From positions 62,001 through 82,832 of IMG/VR virus record IMGVR_UViG_3300038314_001147: a DNA stretch of 20,832 bases; one strand, given 5' to 3'. Below the pieces are notes generated by a model, which worked only from the letters and a program-made list of their open reading frames with translations, was not told the DNA's origin and did not search any database. Positions 1 to 8,938 of this stretch are shown piece by piece (the stretch's first letter is position 1; every line of letters starts with the position of its first letter). The translations under genes were made by a program, and so were the position numbers. The DNA is from an uncultured virus (IMG/VR IMGVR_UViG_3300038314_001147). Taxonomy: Duplodnaviria > Heunggongvirae > Uroviricota > Caudoviricetes.

Positions 1-2
1 GA

Positions 3-101
3 AGTATGCATGAGGATGAAACTATGCTAACAGATCAGGAGTATATTAATTTAATGGAAGATTATCATGAGAATATTCATACCAGGGAACGTACCAAGTA
101 G
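3..101 (+). CDS. 3' end of an upstream gene (partial, acidic, hypothetical)
   Basis: Frame 3 is open from the window edge (SMHEDETMLTDQEYINLMEDYHENIHTRERTK) to TAG at 99-101 and overlaps the next start. Not in the ORF track. Confidence 0.4.
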   Translation, partial: SMHEDETMLTDQEYINLMEDYHENIHTRERTK

Positions 102-444
102 TAAGAATAGTAAGCGATGGACGGGTAAAATACTCATTCATTCAAAGACAACAATGAGATATATTAAAGAAAGTAAAGAATTTTATGTAAAATATAAAAA
201 TAAATTCATATCTTTGCTCAATGAAAGCAACCAACAGAAGCCCTATAGGGTGTCTTTTAAGTTCGTTAGAGGGTCTAAACACAAGTTTGACTATGTGAAC
301 CCCTTACAGACTGTTCAAGACCTTATGGTGAAGAATGGTTGGTTGGATGATGATAACTGTGAAGAATTGATTCCAGTGTTTGAAGTTTACGAGTATAACA
401 AAGAAAACCCAGGAGTATATATAAAAATATTAAAAGATGAGTAA
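67..444 (+). CDS. RusA-like Holliday junction resolvase / endonuclease
   Basis: 125 aa with N-terminal IxGxxPSxKN, central KFDYVN...QDLM...GWLDDD acidic cluster and terminal NPGVYIKI strand. This matches the RusA fold layout. Confidence 0.75.
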   Translation: MRIFIPGNVPSSKNSKRWTGKILIHSKTTMRYIKESKEFYVKYKNKFISLLNESNQQKPYRVSFKFVRGSKHKFDYVNPLQTVQDLMVKNGWLDDDNCEELIPVFEVYEYNKENPGVYIKILKDE

Positions 445-718
445 ACCAATAGATAAAAACAAGTACTGGATAAAAACAGGTACTGATGTTGCACATAAAG
501 ACTACCCGAATAGAAAGATGGTAGTAGAGAAAATAGTTAAGACAAGAAAAGAAAAGATATCAGAGACAGGTGAGAAATACACCAAAACCTTCATCGTGGG
601 AGTCAATTGTCATTGGATGACTGATGACGGATCCTATGGTCGAGGACAATTCTTAACAACGGAATTGATGCCTTTTGATCTTGCGATTGAGGAATTCGCT
701 AATGAGCCAAAGAGATAA
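437..718 (+). CDS. small SH3-like hypothetical protein (DUF2158/YodC-like)
   Basis: Pattern G-x-x-V...KMVV...VNCHW...G...F...EL resembles the YodC/DUF2158 signature. Overlaps both neighbours. Confidence 0.45.
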   Translation: MSKPIDKNKYWIKTGTDVAHKDYPNRKMVVEKIVKTRKEKISETGEKYTKTFIVGVNCHWMTDDGSYGRGQFLTTELMPFDLAIEEFANEPKR

Positions 719-1215
719 TGTTCGAATTTCATAATGGAATAGTAACAATGTCTCCGGAGGCTGAGGGAATACCTGAATTCGCAGCTTTGAAAAGGAGGAA
801 GAGTTTCGAAAAGATTATTGCATACTTATTTTTCGTTTACGGAAAAAAGTCGCCATATGCGAATCTTTTCGAATATGATAGAAAGTTAATAGTATCTACT
901 GACAGGCTGGGAGACCCGCAAGAATACAAAAGAATAGAAGAACAAAAAGGAGTAACACAAGCAGTAGAAAAATATTTAAAATTACAACTAACACCAAAAG
1001 AACAGCTTTTAGCTGGAGTAAAAAGAAAAATTGAGGAGTATTTAAAGTTTTGGGATAGCACCCATATAGACGAAGAAAATTACAAAATAGTATCAGACAG
1101 TTTAGACGGAGCAAATAAACTTCTCAAGTTGCAAAAGGAAATAGAACTACAAGTCAATGAAGAGGCTACAGAAACAAAAATAGTTGGTGGAGGTAAGACA
1201 AATTTATTTGAATAA
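718..1215 (+). CDS. putative terminase small subunit
   Basis: 165 aa, helical, with C-terminal coiled coil and a VGGGKTNLFE tail. Lies upstream of TerL and is TAATG-coupled at both ends. Function is inferred from position and architecture. Confidence 0.5.
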   Translation: MFEFHNGIVTMSPEAEGIPEFAALKRRKSFEKIIAYLFFVYGKKSPYANLFEYDRKLIVSTDRLGDPQEYKRIEEQKGVTQAVEKYLKLQLTPKEQLLAGVKRKIEEYLKFWDSTHIDEENYKIVSDSLDGANKLLKLQKEIELQVNEEATETKIVGGGKTNLFE

Positions 1216-1403
1216 TGGATTATAATAATATACCAGATATAAGATGGGAAACGTCACACACTTTAGGTGAGAATGTTGATACCGTGATTGAGTTTACCGA
1301 AGAAATAAAAAGAGAACTCAATATAGCAGAAGAATTAGAGCTTTGTACTCTTGCTATTAAAATACTTAATAACCTTAAAATTAAAAAAAAAGATGGGAAT
1401 TAG
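1215..1403 (+). CDS. hypothetical protein
   Basis: 62 aa; start overlaps the previous stop (TAATG). Confidence 0.65.
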   Translation: MDYNNIPDIRWETSHTLGENVDTVIEFTEEIKRELNIAEELELCTLAIKILNNLKIKKKDGN

Positions 1404-1737
1404 TTTAAATGGATCACGAATTGGAATTTTTAGCAATTCCAAACCCCTCCCTCAAACAGGAGGAGCAGGAAAGTTTTTTGGACCAACCAAAGGTGGCTTT
1501 TATACCCCACAAGGATTTTCTTCAGTAATGCTTTCAGCACGACCTTATGCTATTCATGTATATAATGCTCTTAGTGAAGAATATGAATGGCAGTCTGCTG
1601 AACCTTGCTGTATCGCACCTCCTACTACTGGAGAAGGATACGATGACAACCAAACTGGATTTAACTATAACGGTGGTGGATCAGGTTTTGGATCTGGCAA
1701 GCATAGTACTGGTGAGCTGAAACCTTGTTGTGGCTAA
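1393..1737 (+). CDS. Gly-rich hypothetical protein with two PCC motifs, possibly virion-associated
   Basis: ATG at 1393 follows an A-run and is preferred over the track start at 1351. Begins MGISLNGSRIGI; contains EPCC and KPCCG*. Confidence 0.65.
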   Translation: MGISLNGSRIGIFSNSKPLPQTGGAGKFFGPTKGGFYTPQGFSSVMLSARPYAIHVYNALSEEYEWQSAEPCCIAPPTTGEGYDDNQTGFNYNGGGSGFGSGKHSTGELKPCCG

Positions 1738-2036
1738 TGGCTAGGGCATCTAAACATGATGAACTTATAAAGCTATTAGAAAATATTAAAGATAATCTTC
1801 CTAACGGGGAGATAGTCTTTCTGAAAAAAAGAGTGCTCAATATAGAAAAACGCCAGGAAACTATGTGCGGAAGAATAAAAGAAATACATGAGTTTACATC
1901 ATCAGCTAATGGGCTGGCGGGAGATATACGAAATCTGAAAGGATTTAAATCGAGGGTTAACAAAATGTTTACCGGTATGTATATATTTATTGCAGGAATA
2001 ATAACATATATCATACAAGCGTATTTTAAAAATTAA
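1737..2036 (+). CDS. coiled-coil protein with C-terminal TM helix (holin-like or lysis accessory)
   Basis: ATG at 1737 in a TAATG overlap. A coiled-coil-like region is followed by hydrophobic MFTGMYIFIAGIITYIIQAYF. Immediately upstream of holin and endolysin. Confidence 0.55.
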   Translation: MARASKHDELIKLLENIKDNLPNGEIVFLKKRVLNIEKRQETMCGRIKEIHEFTSSANGLAGDIRNLKGFKSRVNKMFTGMYIFIAGIITYIIQAYFKN

Positions 2037-2049
2037 AAAATAAAAAGAA

Positions 2050-2247
2050 ATGGCAAAGGCAATAATTGATAATTTTATGGAAAGGATAGTTAGTAGAAAG
2101 TTTTTAGTATGGGTGACTGCTACTGTTTTAGCAATATTAGGAGCATTAGCTTCTAGTGATTGGGTTACTATTAGCATTGTATATGTAGGAACTCAAGGAG
2201 CTTTAGATATAGCTCGTAAATTAAAAAAATGTAATCAAGCGTGCTAA
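2050..2247 (+). CDS. putative holin
   Basis: 65 aa; SRKF followed by two hydrophobic segments and a basic C-terminus, typical of small 2-TM holins. Directly upstream of the amidase. Confidence 0.7.
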   Translation: MAKAIIDNFMERIVSRKFLVWVTATVLAILGALASSDWVTISIVYVGTQGALDIARKLKKCNQAC

Positions 2248-2918
2248 AAAGATTGATCGACTACCTTTTTAGTTTTTTAAAAAAGGTAAAAGTTGCAAAG
2301 AATACACAGATGAATAGATATTTATATATTTTAGATAATGGTCATGGATTTGATACCCCTGGAAAACGATCTCCTAAGGTTGATGGTGACACTCTAATGT
2401 ATGAATATGAGTATAACAGGGATATAGTTGAAAGGATAGATTTTATGTGTATGACTTACGGTATAAAAACACATATTTTAGTCCCTGGAATACATGATAA
2501 GTCTTTGAAGAACAGAGTTCTGATGGCAAATCAATTAAGATCTCAGCTACCTAAGATCTTTATTAGTGTACATGGGAACGCTGGAGGAAACAAATTAAAA
2601 AATGGATGGTATTCAGGAAACGGTATATCAACATATTCGTATAGAGGAGCTGCCGGAAGCAAAAAGGTAGCAAGAATATTTCAAGATGAGTTGATAAAAG
2701 AAATGAATCCTTATGAAGATCATCCAGTAAAAGATAGAGGAGTTAAAGAATCTGGATTTTATGTATTGAAATATACTAAAATGCCAGCAATTTTAACAGA
2801 GAATGGATTTTTTACTAACAAGAGAGAATGTTATTGGATGATCACTAATGATTGGAGACATAAAATAGCATTAGCTCATTTTAATGCAATTAAAAGAATT
2901 GAAAGGAGTAATTTTTAG
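2241..2918 (+). CDS. N-acetylmuramoyl-L-alanine amidase (Amidase_3) endolysin
   Basis: Zn-binding and catalytic motifs ILDNGHG, YEY, SLKNR, FISVHGNA, FYVLKYTKMPAILTENGF. GTG start at 2241; alternative ATG at 2310. Confidence 0.93.
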   Translation: MLKRLIDYLFSFLKKVKVAKNTQMNRYLYILDNGHGFDTPGKRSPKVDGDTLMYEYEYNRDIVERIDFMCMTYGIKTHILVPGIHDKSLKNRVLMANQLRSQLPKIFISVHGNAGGNKLKNGWYSGNGISTYSYRGAAGSKKVARIFQDELIKEMNPYEDHPVKDRGVKESGFYVLKYTKMPAILTENGFFTNKRECYWMITNDWRHKIALAHFNAIKRIERSNF

Positions 2919-3318
2919 TTTAGCTGTAATTTTTCTTTCTTCCTGTTGTGTTAGTCAAAAAACAGCAGAAAGAAGAATAGCAAGATATGTTGAATGTAAT
3001 CCTGGTCTTTTAAATAAAGATACGGTTATTGTAAAGGATACAGTATTTTTAGATGCTGTAAGTGTAGATACTACATTTTCGGCTAACACTACAGATACTA
3101 TTATTATTGAAAAAGATAAAGTAAGAATTGTATATATTAAAAAAGATACAACAATTTATTTAAAAGGTGAAATAATTAGAGATACCATCCCTATTGAGAT
3201 CCCTGTAGAGGTAGAAAAAATAGTAGTAAAAGAAAATCCGTATGATAAATTTATACCATTGTTATATATATTACTATTTATAGGAATATTAGTTGCATTA
3301 AGAAAATTATTTAAATGA
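2884..3318 (+). CDS. lipoprotein with C-terminal TM helix; unimolecular spanin candidate
   Basis: Signal peptide with lipobox-like IFLSSC, beta-rich middle, C-terminal TM FIPLLYILLFIGILVAL followed by RK. Follows the endolysin. Confidence 0.65.
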   Translation: MQLKELKGVIFSLAVIFLSSCCVSQKTAERRIARYVECNPGLLNKDTVIVKDTVFLDAVSVDTTFSANTTDTIIIEKDKVRIVYIKKDTTIYLKGEIIRDTIPIEIPVEVEKIVVKENPYDKFIPLLYILLFIGILVALRKLFK

Positions 3319-5189
3319 CATATGTAAATACTCTTTTATTTTCTCCAGTAATATCTGACGGATTGTGTAAGGCACATCCAGCATCTTATGAATATAGAGA
3401 ATGGTGGGAAGAACAAAAAAGAAGATGTCTAGAAGGATATTCTGTTGGAGGCGTTACGATAACCGGAGATATGTATTGGTATTTAAATTTTTGGAAAATT
3501 AGAGGTACTCACGAAGGAACTGGAAGAAAAACTTTAATACCTCCAAGATTTATAGATATGGATAAAGAATTCTTTGATGAATTTCAAAGAGCAAAAGATT
3601 TAGGAAAGAATTTTCTTGTTGCTAAAAGAAGACAAGTAGGATTTTCTGAAAAAACTGCAGCTTTAATAGGAAAAGAATTTACTATGTATAGGCATTCACA
3701 ATCTATTATAACTGCTGGTGAAGAAAAATATGGATTAATGACAATGCGTATGCTTCTTAGGGGATTAAATTCTCTTAAAGAAACAGAATTTTATAAAAGA
3801 AGAAATCCTGATACTAGTGAATATTGTATGGCTAGATATAAAGAAATTGTAGATGGTCAAGTAGTTTGGAGAGGATATAATAGCGAGATATATAATATAA
3901 CATCTAGAAATAATGCTCAAGCTACAATTGGTAAATCTCCTTCTTTTATTATGTATGAAGAAGCTGGTAGATTTCCAGGATTAATAGATGCATATAAATA
4001 TATTCAACCAGCTTTAGAGGCTAATAATGTAAAAACTGGAATAGCTTTATTTGTAGGTACAGGTGGTGATATGGAAAAGGGTGCTGCTGAATTTGCAGAA
4101 ATGTTTTGGAATCCTGAAGCATATGATCTTTTAGCATTTGATAATTCATATGATGATACCGATCAACGTAAATGTTGTTATTTTGTTCCTGGATGGAAAT
4201 TTAATGTAATAGATAAGGATGGAAATAGCTTAAAAGAACCGTCTCTTACTACGATTAAAAAGAAAAGAGATGCAGCCAGAAAATCTAAAAAATTAAATTC
4301 TTATCTTACGGAAATAACTCAAATGCCATTAACTCCAGATGAATGCTTCTTAATTGTTAGTGGAAATGTATTTAATACTGAAAAACTTAATGATCAATTA
4401 ACTCTTATAAAAAGATCCCCTCAGAATGATAAGTTATTAACTTCTGGATATCTTGACTGGATTAGAGACGAAAAAGGCAATATTACTGGAGTTGACTGGA
4501 TACCAGGTGACGGAGGTCCATTTAAAATAATTGAACATCCTGAATTAGATAAAAATGGTAAACCATTTATAAATTTATATGTAGGTGGTACAGATAGTTA
4601 TGATAGAGATGTCGCTAATGCATCTCCATCTCTTGGAAGTTGTAGTATTTTTAAAAGATTTAAAGATATAAATTCTACTGCAAATATGTTTGTAGCAAGA
4701 TTAACTGTTAGACCAAGGACTGCAAATGAATTTTATGAAATGACAGCTAAACTTTCTATGTATTATGGAGCTCAAAATTTAATAGAGTATTCTAATTTAG
4801 GAATATTTACATGGTATGAGTATCATAATATGACATATTTATTAAAAGAAAGACCAAGAGTTGCCTATTCTAATGTAAAAAGAAGCGTTATGCAGAACAA
4901 ATGGGGAGTTGATCCGTCTACAAAAGAGTATTGGATTACTAAATTACGAGATTATATTGAAGAGAATGCTCATGCAATATGGGATGGTGAAATGATAGAG
5001 AAACTTATTAGATACAGAGAGGATAAAGACTACAATTGCGACATAACTATTGCCGCTGCTTTAGCAGTTGTGCATAACGTTGATAATCTGAAAGTTAAAA
5101 CAAGAGCTTCAGAACTTGAAAAATTCGAATTTTTCTCGTATATTAGCGGAAAGAAAGGAAAAATAGAATATAACTGGACTAAAAATTAA
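3315..5189 (+). CDS. terL: terminase large subunit
   Basis: Walker A-like VAKRRQVGFS, Walker B FIMYEEAG, coupling motif GTGG, RNase H-like nuclease YVGGTDSYD and late CD. The N-terminal WWEEQKRRCLEGY...ITGDMYWYLNF is crAss-like. Immediately precedes portal. Confidence 0.95.
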   Translation: MTYVNTLLFSPVISDGLCKAHPASYEYREWWEEQKRRCLEGYSVGGVTITGDMYWYLNFWKIRGTHEGTGRKTLIPPRFIDMDKEFFDEFQRAKDLGKNFLVAKRRQVGFSEKTAALIGKEFTMYRHSQSIITAGEEKYGLMTMRMLLRGLNSLKETEFYKRRNPDTSEYCMARYKEIVDGQVVWRGYNSEIYNITSRNNAQATIGKSPSFIMYEEAGRFPGLIDAYKYIQPALEANNVKTGIALFVGTGGDMEKGAAEFAEMFWNPEAYDLLAFDNSYDDTDQRKCCYFVPGWKFNVIDKDGNSLKEPSLTTIKKKRDAARKSKKLNSYLTEITQMPLTPDECFLIVSGNVFNTEKLNDQLTLIKRSPQNDKLLTSGYLDWIRDEKGNITGVDWIPGDGGPFKIIEHPELDKNGKPFINLYVGGTDSYDRDVANASPSLGSCSIFKRFKDINSTANMFVARLTVRPRTANEFYEMTAKLSMYYGAQNLIEYSNLGIFTWYEYHNMTYLLKERPRVAYSNVKRSVMQNKWGVDPSTKEYWITKLRDYIEENAHAIWDGEMIEKLIRYREDKDYNCDITIAAALAVVHNVDNLKVKTRASELEKFEFFSYISGKKGKIEYNWTKN

Positions 5190-7750
5190 TGTTACCAAGT
5201 CAAAACATACCGGAATCTCAGAAAGACGCTCAATGGGCGAAGAAGTGTGTACAAGCTATTGTATGGGCTTCTTTAGGATCTAGAAATGAATTATATAAAG
5301 ATAAATTCTGCTATGATCTATATAATGGAATATTTAATCAATCTGATTTTGATTACTTAAGAAAAGTGGATGAATATGAATATCCTGCAAAAATAAGATT
5401 CATTCCATTACTTAGACCTAAAATGGATCTTTTAAAAGGAGATGAATTAAAACGACCTTTAAATTTTAGAGTTTTTACATGTGATACAATGTCACTACAA
5501 AGTAAAGAAGACTTAAAAGTTAAAAGATATATGAAGTTAGTCAAAACCTCACTTGATAGCAAGAGACTTGAAATTCAAGGTTTAATGCAGCAATACAGTG
5601 AGGCTCAGGCACTTATACAACAAGCAGAGCAAGCTGCTGCTCAAGATCAACAAGAAAGAATGGTAGAAGGACAAATTTCTCCACCTCCTCCTCGTGCTCC
5701 GCAAGAAATTAAAGACCAATTAGAATTAGCTATGTCTGATGCTGCAATGGAGCAGCTAATTAATGCAAATGATATTGTTGCAGTAGATAAGTTTTTTAAA
5801 TATGATTATAAGGATTTCTTGGAGCAAACTACTGAACAAGGATTAAAATACATAATACAAAAATATGGAATAAAAGATATAATGAGTTTAGGATTTGAAG
5901 ATAAGTTAGTTACAGATAAAGAAATATATTTTGTAGACTATGCTGAAGGTGATGAAGATCCTAAGTTAAGACGGGTTAGTCCTTTAAATTTCTATTATTC
6001 AACTGATGATGAGGTTGACTGGATAGGTGAATGTCAATGGGCTATGGAGGAAAGATACCTAAATCTTAATCAAATAGTTGACGAATTTAAAGGAGATCTT
6101 GATTCGTTAGACATGCAAAAGTTAAATGATTTAGCTCAAAATATGGGGTATTCGGATAATTGGAATGCGGGAGTGTATGATAATAGTACGGATGAATGTG
6201 AAACTAGTTACGCTGGAAATACAGATTATGCTAATAAAGTTAGAGTTTGTTACGTTACTTGGAAGTCAACTAGAGCTATAAAATTTAAAAAATCTAAAAA
6301 TAAATATGGAGGTAAGGATTTCACTAAATGGTTAGCCGGTGACGATAAGCCTAAATCTACTGATACTGTAGATGTAAAATATGTAAATGATGTCTGGGAA
6401 GGAGTACAGATAGCAGAAGATATTATGATTAGATTAAGAAAAAAACCATATCAACTTAGAAGTATTGATAAATATGGTAAAGTAGATTTGCCTTATGTTG
6501 GTATAGCTTTTAATTATGTAACTAGGAAACCATATTCTATTGTATGGGCTGCAAAAGATATTCAAATTCTTTATAATATAATACATTATCATAAGGAATT
6601 ATGGTTATCTCTTTCTGGTGTTAAAGGATTTATTATGGATAAATCTCAATTACCAGAGGGGATGTCTATGAGAGAATGGATTTATCAACGTAAAATTGGT
6701 ATCGGATGGATTGAGTCGGTAAAAGAAGGAATGGCTAGACAACCAACATTTAATCAATTCCAGACTTATGATGATACCGTTACGCCTGCAATTCAATATT
6801 TAGTTAGTATACTTCAGCATTTAGAAGAATTAGCTTCTCAAATTACTGGAGTATCTAGACAGAGACAAGGAACAATAGTTCCTACTGATCAGGTTGGAAC
6901 AACTGAACAGAGTATTGGTCAATCAGCTCTTGTTACTGAAATTATATTTCATGAACATGAAAAGACTAAATCAAAAGCTTTGACTAGGTTAGTTAACTTA
7001 TGTAAAATTGCATGGAAAAAAGGAAAAAGAGGATCATACGTTCTAGGAGATTTAGGTCAAGAAATATTAAATATTCCTGGCAAAAAAATATCATCAGCAG
7101 ATTACGAAGTATTCGTAGGAGATGGTGGAAGAACTGAAAGAGCTATTAGAGATCTTAAACAAATGGCGGCTCAAGAATATGGAAAAGGAATGATGTCTAT
7201 GAGTGAAATTATAAAAATATATGATGTAGACAATATAAAAGAATTAGAAAAATCTCTAGAATATTATTCTGAAATTGCCAATCAAAGACAGCAACAAGCT
7301 GCTCAAGGAGAGCAACAAGCAAAAGCTGAGGCACAAAAACAGGAACAAGATTTTAAAGCTATGATTGCTAATCAGGAAAATCAATTTAAACAAATGGCTC
7401 ATCAATTAGAGATTGCTAAATTTGAATGGGATAAACAGAAATTCCAAGCTGAAGAACAAGGTAAGATGGCATTAGATCAAGCTTCTAACGAAACAAATCT
7501 TCAGGGTCATCAAATGGATAATACAACTGATCTTGAACAAACTAATATTGATGCTCAAGTTGAAATGGCTTATCTTGAACAGAAACGACAAGAAGCTATG
7601 TCAGATCATAAATTGAAAGCGATGGAACTTGCAATGAGTGCTTCTGAGTCTGGAGATAGCGAATCAGCTCCTAAGAAGAAGGGTGGTAAAAAAATATCAA
7701 ATCCTAAATCAACTGGAGGATTTGGTGGAAAACAAAAAATTAAAGACTAA
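5189..7750 (+). CDS. portal protein
   Basis: 853 aa, TAATG-coupled to TerL. Start LPSQNIPESQKDAQW, conserved-type ITGVSRQRQG motif, and long Q/E/A-rich C-terminal coiled coil typical of crAss/P22-like portals. Confidence 0.9.
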   Translation: MLPSQNIPESQKDAQWAKKCVQAIVWASLGSRNELYKDKFCYDLYNGIFNQSDFDYLRKVDEYEYPAKIRFIPLLRPKMDLLKGDELKRPLNFRVFTCDTMSLQSKEDLKVKRYMKLVKTSLDSKRLEIQGLMQQYSEAQALIQQAEQAAAQDQQERMVEGQISPPPPRAPQEIKDQLELAMSDAAMEQLINANDIVAVDKFFKYDYKDFLEQTTEQGLKYIIQKYGIKDIMSLGFEDKLVTDKEIYFVDYAEGDEDPKLRRVSPLNFYYSTDDEVDWIGECQWAMEERYLNLNQIVDEFKGDLDSLDMQKLNDLAQNMGYSDNWNAGVYDNSTDECETSYAGNTDYANKVRVCYVTWKSTRAIKFKKSKNKYGGKDFTKWLAGDDKPKSTDTVDVKYVNDVWEGVQIAEDIMIRLRKKPYQLRSIDKYGKVDLPYVGIAFNYVTRKPYSIVWAAKDIQILYNIIHYHKELWLSLSGVKGFIMDKSQLPEGMSMREWIYQRKIGIGWIESVKEGMARQPTFNQFQTYDDTVTPAIQYLVSILQHLEELASQITGVSRQRQGTIVPTDQVGTTEQSIGQSALVTEIIFHEHEKTKSKALTRLVNLCKIAWKKGKRGSYVLGDLGQEILNIPGKKISSADYEVFVGDGGRTERAIRDLKQMAAQEYGKGMMSMSEIIKIYDVDNIKELEKSLEYYSEIANQRQQQAAQGEQQAKAEAQKQEQDFKAMIANQENQFKQMAHQLEIAKFEWDKQKFQAEEQGKMALDQASNETNLQGHQMDNTTDLEQTNIDAQVEMAYLEQKRQEAMSDHKLKAMELAMSASESGDSESAPKKKGGKKISNPKSTGGFGGKQKIKD

Positions 7751-8934
7751 TGCCTGATCCAACAAAAACAAAAAAAAGTAAAGGGAGTAGTACTAGGCTT
7801 AGCCCGTGGACATCTGATGCTAGTAAAAAGGTAGCTCAGTCCGTTTCTAAATATATAAGGGGTATGGAGGGATGGATATCTATGAAAGATTATCAATCAC
7901 AAATTCAAACTTCATATGATGATTTGTTAGCTAATCCTGATTATATGACGAAAAATGAAGCGTATACTTCTAAGGGTCAAAGAAGTAAAACGAATAGAGA
8001 ATATCATAATGCTAGTTGGAAGTGGAATACTCCTATACCCAGACATTTTATTGGTGCTGTAGATAAAAGTTATATTGATGAATCATCATTTATTGGAGCT
8101 GAACAATTTTTTGCAGATCAATTTTCTGGAGAAGATATAGCTTTATATCAACAAGATTTATCAAATTATTTAGGAGTTGAGACACAACAATATCAAGGAG
8201 GAGAAGAAAAACCTTTTGTTGATCAAATATTAGGTCCTAATACTCTTAGGGCTTATCAGGATATGAGATATAAAGTTATAGGGGGAATTGCTAAAGGTAA
8301 TTATAAAGGATGGGGAAAACCTTTCCATTATGATATGGACTTTACACCTGATAAAAATGAAATAATGAAACCAAATGTATTAGATAACACAAATGTAGCT
8401 TCTAACTTAGAAACAGGAACTATAAAGGATACTTCTGGAGGCATGGAAGAAGGAGGATTAGTGCCAGAAGAAAGCACTTCTATACACAATACTGAAGAGA
8501 AAATAGATATAGGAGATGAAGAAATTGCTGATCAATATATATCATTTTTAGATCACTATAATGATAAAATGAGTATAACAGATTTACTTGTTTTTAAATC
8601 TATGAATGATGCAAAATATGAAAAAGATAAAAGAGATGGTGTTATGAATCCAGATGAAGAAGCTATCAGTATGGCTACTAACGGAGGATTTTATCAAAAA
8701 TATAATAGCAAGTCATATTCAAGTAGATTACCATTTGGTGATAATATATTGAAATGGCTTCCAAGTCATGTACAGATATTTACATTTGCTGATGCTCAAG
8801 ATAAAACAAATGTTGGAGCATTTGCTGGAAAAGAAGTTCCGATAACAGAGAATATATCAGCTAACGTTGGTGTAAGCGGGTCTACCGCTGGTTCGAATAT
8901 TAATAAGTCAGCTGGCTTAACAATTAAATTTTAA
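7750..8934 (+). CDS. hypothetical virion/cargo protein with PG-binding-like motif and beta-strand C-terminus
   Basis: 394 aa, coupled to portal. Contains GEDIALYQQDL...VDQILGPNTLRA, MEEGGLV, and ends SAGLTIKF. Confidence 0.6.
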   Translation: MPDPTKTKKSKGSSTRLSPWTSDASKKVAQSVSKYIRGMEGWISMKDYQSQIQTSYDDLLANPDYMTKNEAYTSKGQRSKTNREYHNASWKWNTPIPRHFIGAVDKSYIDESSFIGAEQFFADQFSGEDIALYQQDLSNYLGVETQQYQGGEEKPFVDQILGPNTLRAYQDMRYKVIGGIAKGNYKGWGKPFHYDMDFTPDKNEIMKPNVLDNTNVASNLETGTIKDTSGGMEEGGLVPEESTSIHNTEEKIDIGDEEIADQYISFLDHYNDKMSITDLLVFKSMNDAKYEKDKRDGVMNPDEEAISMATNGGFYQKYNSKSYSSRLPFGDNILKWLPSHVQIFTFADAQDKTNVGAFAGKEVPITENISANVGVSGSTAGSNINKSAGLTIKF

Positions 8935-8938
8935 AATA

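Noticed and set aside
1351..1392. Track start codons at 1351 (also 1725 and 17683)
   Set aside because: Non-ATG starts with long overlaps; downstream ATGs at 1393, 1737 and 17716 fit gene coupling better.
3315..5189. Intein or group I intron in TerL (also considered for MCP)
   Set aside because: Normal lengths, continuous motifs, and no intein splice-junction or homing endonuclease signatures seen.
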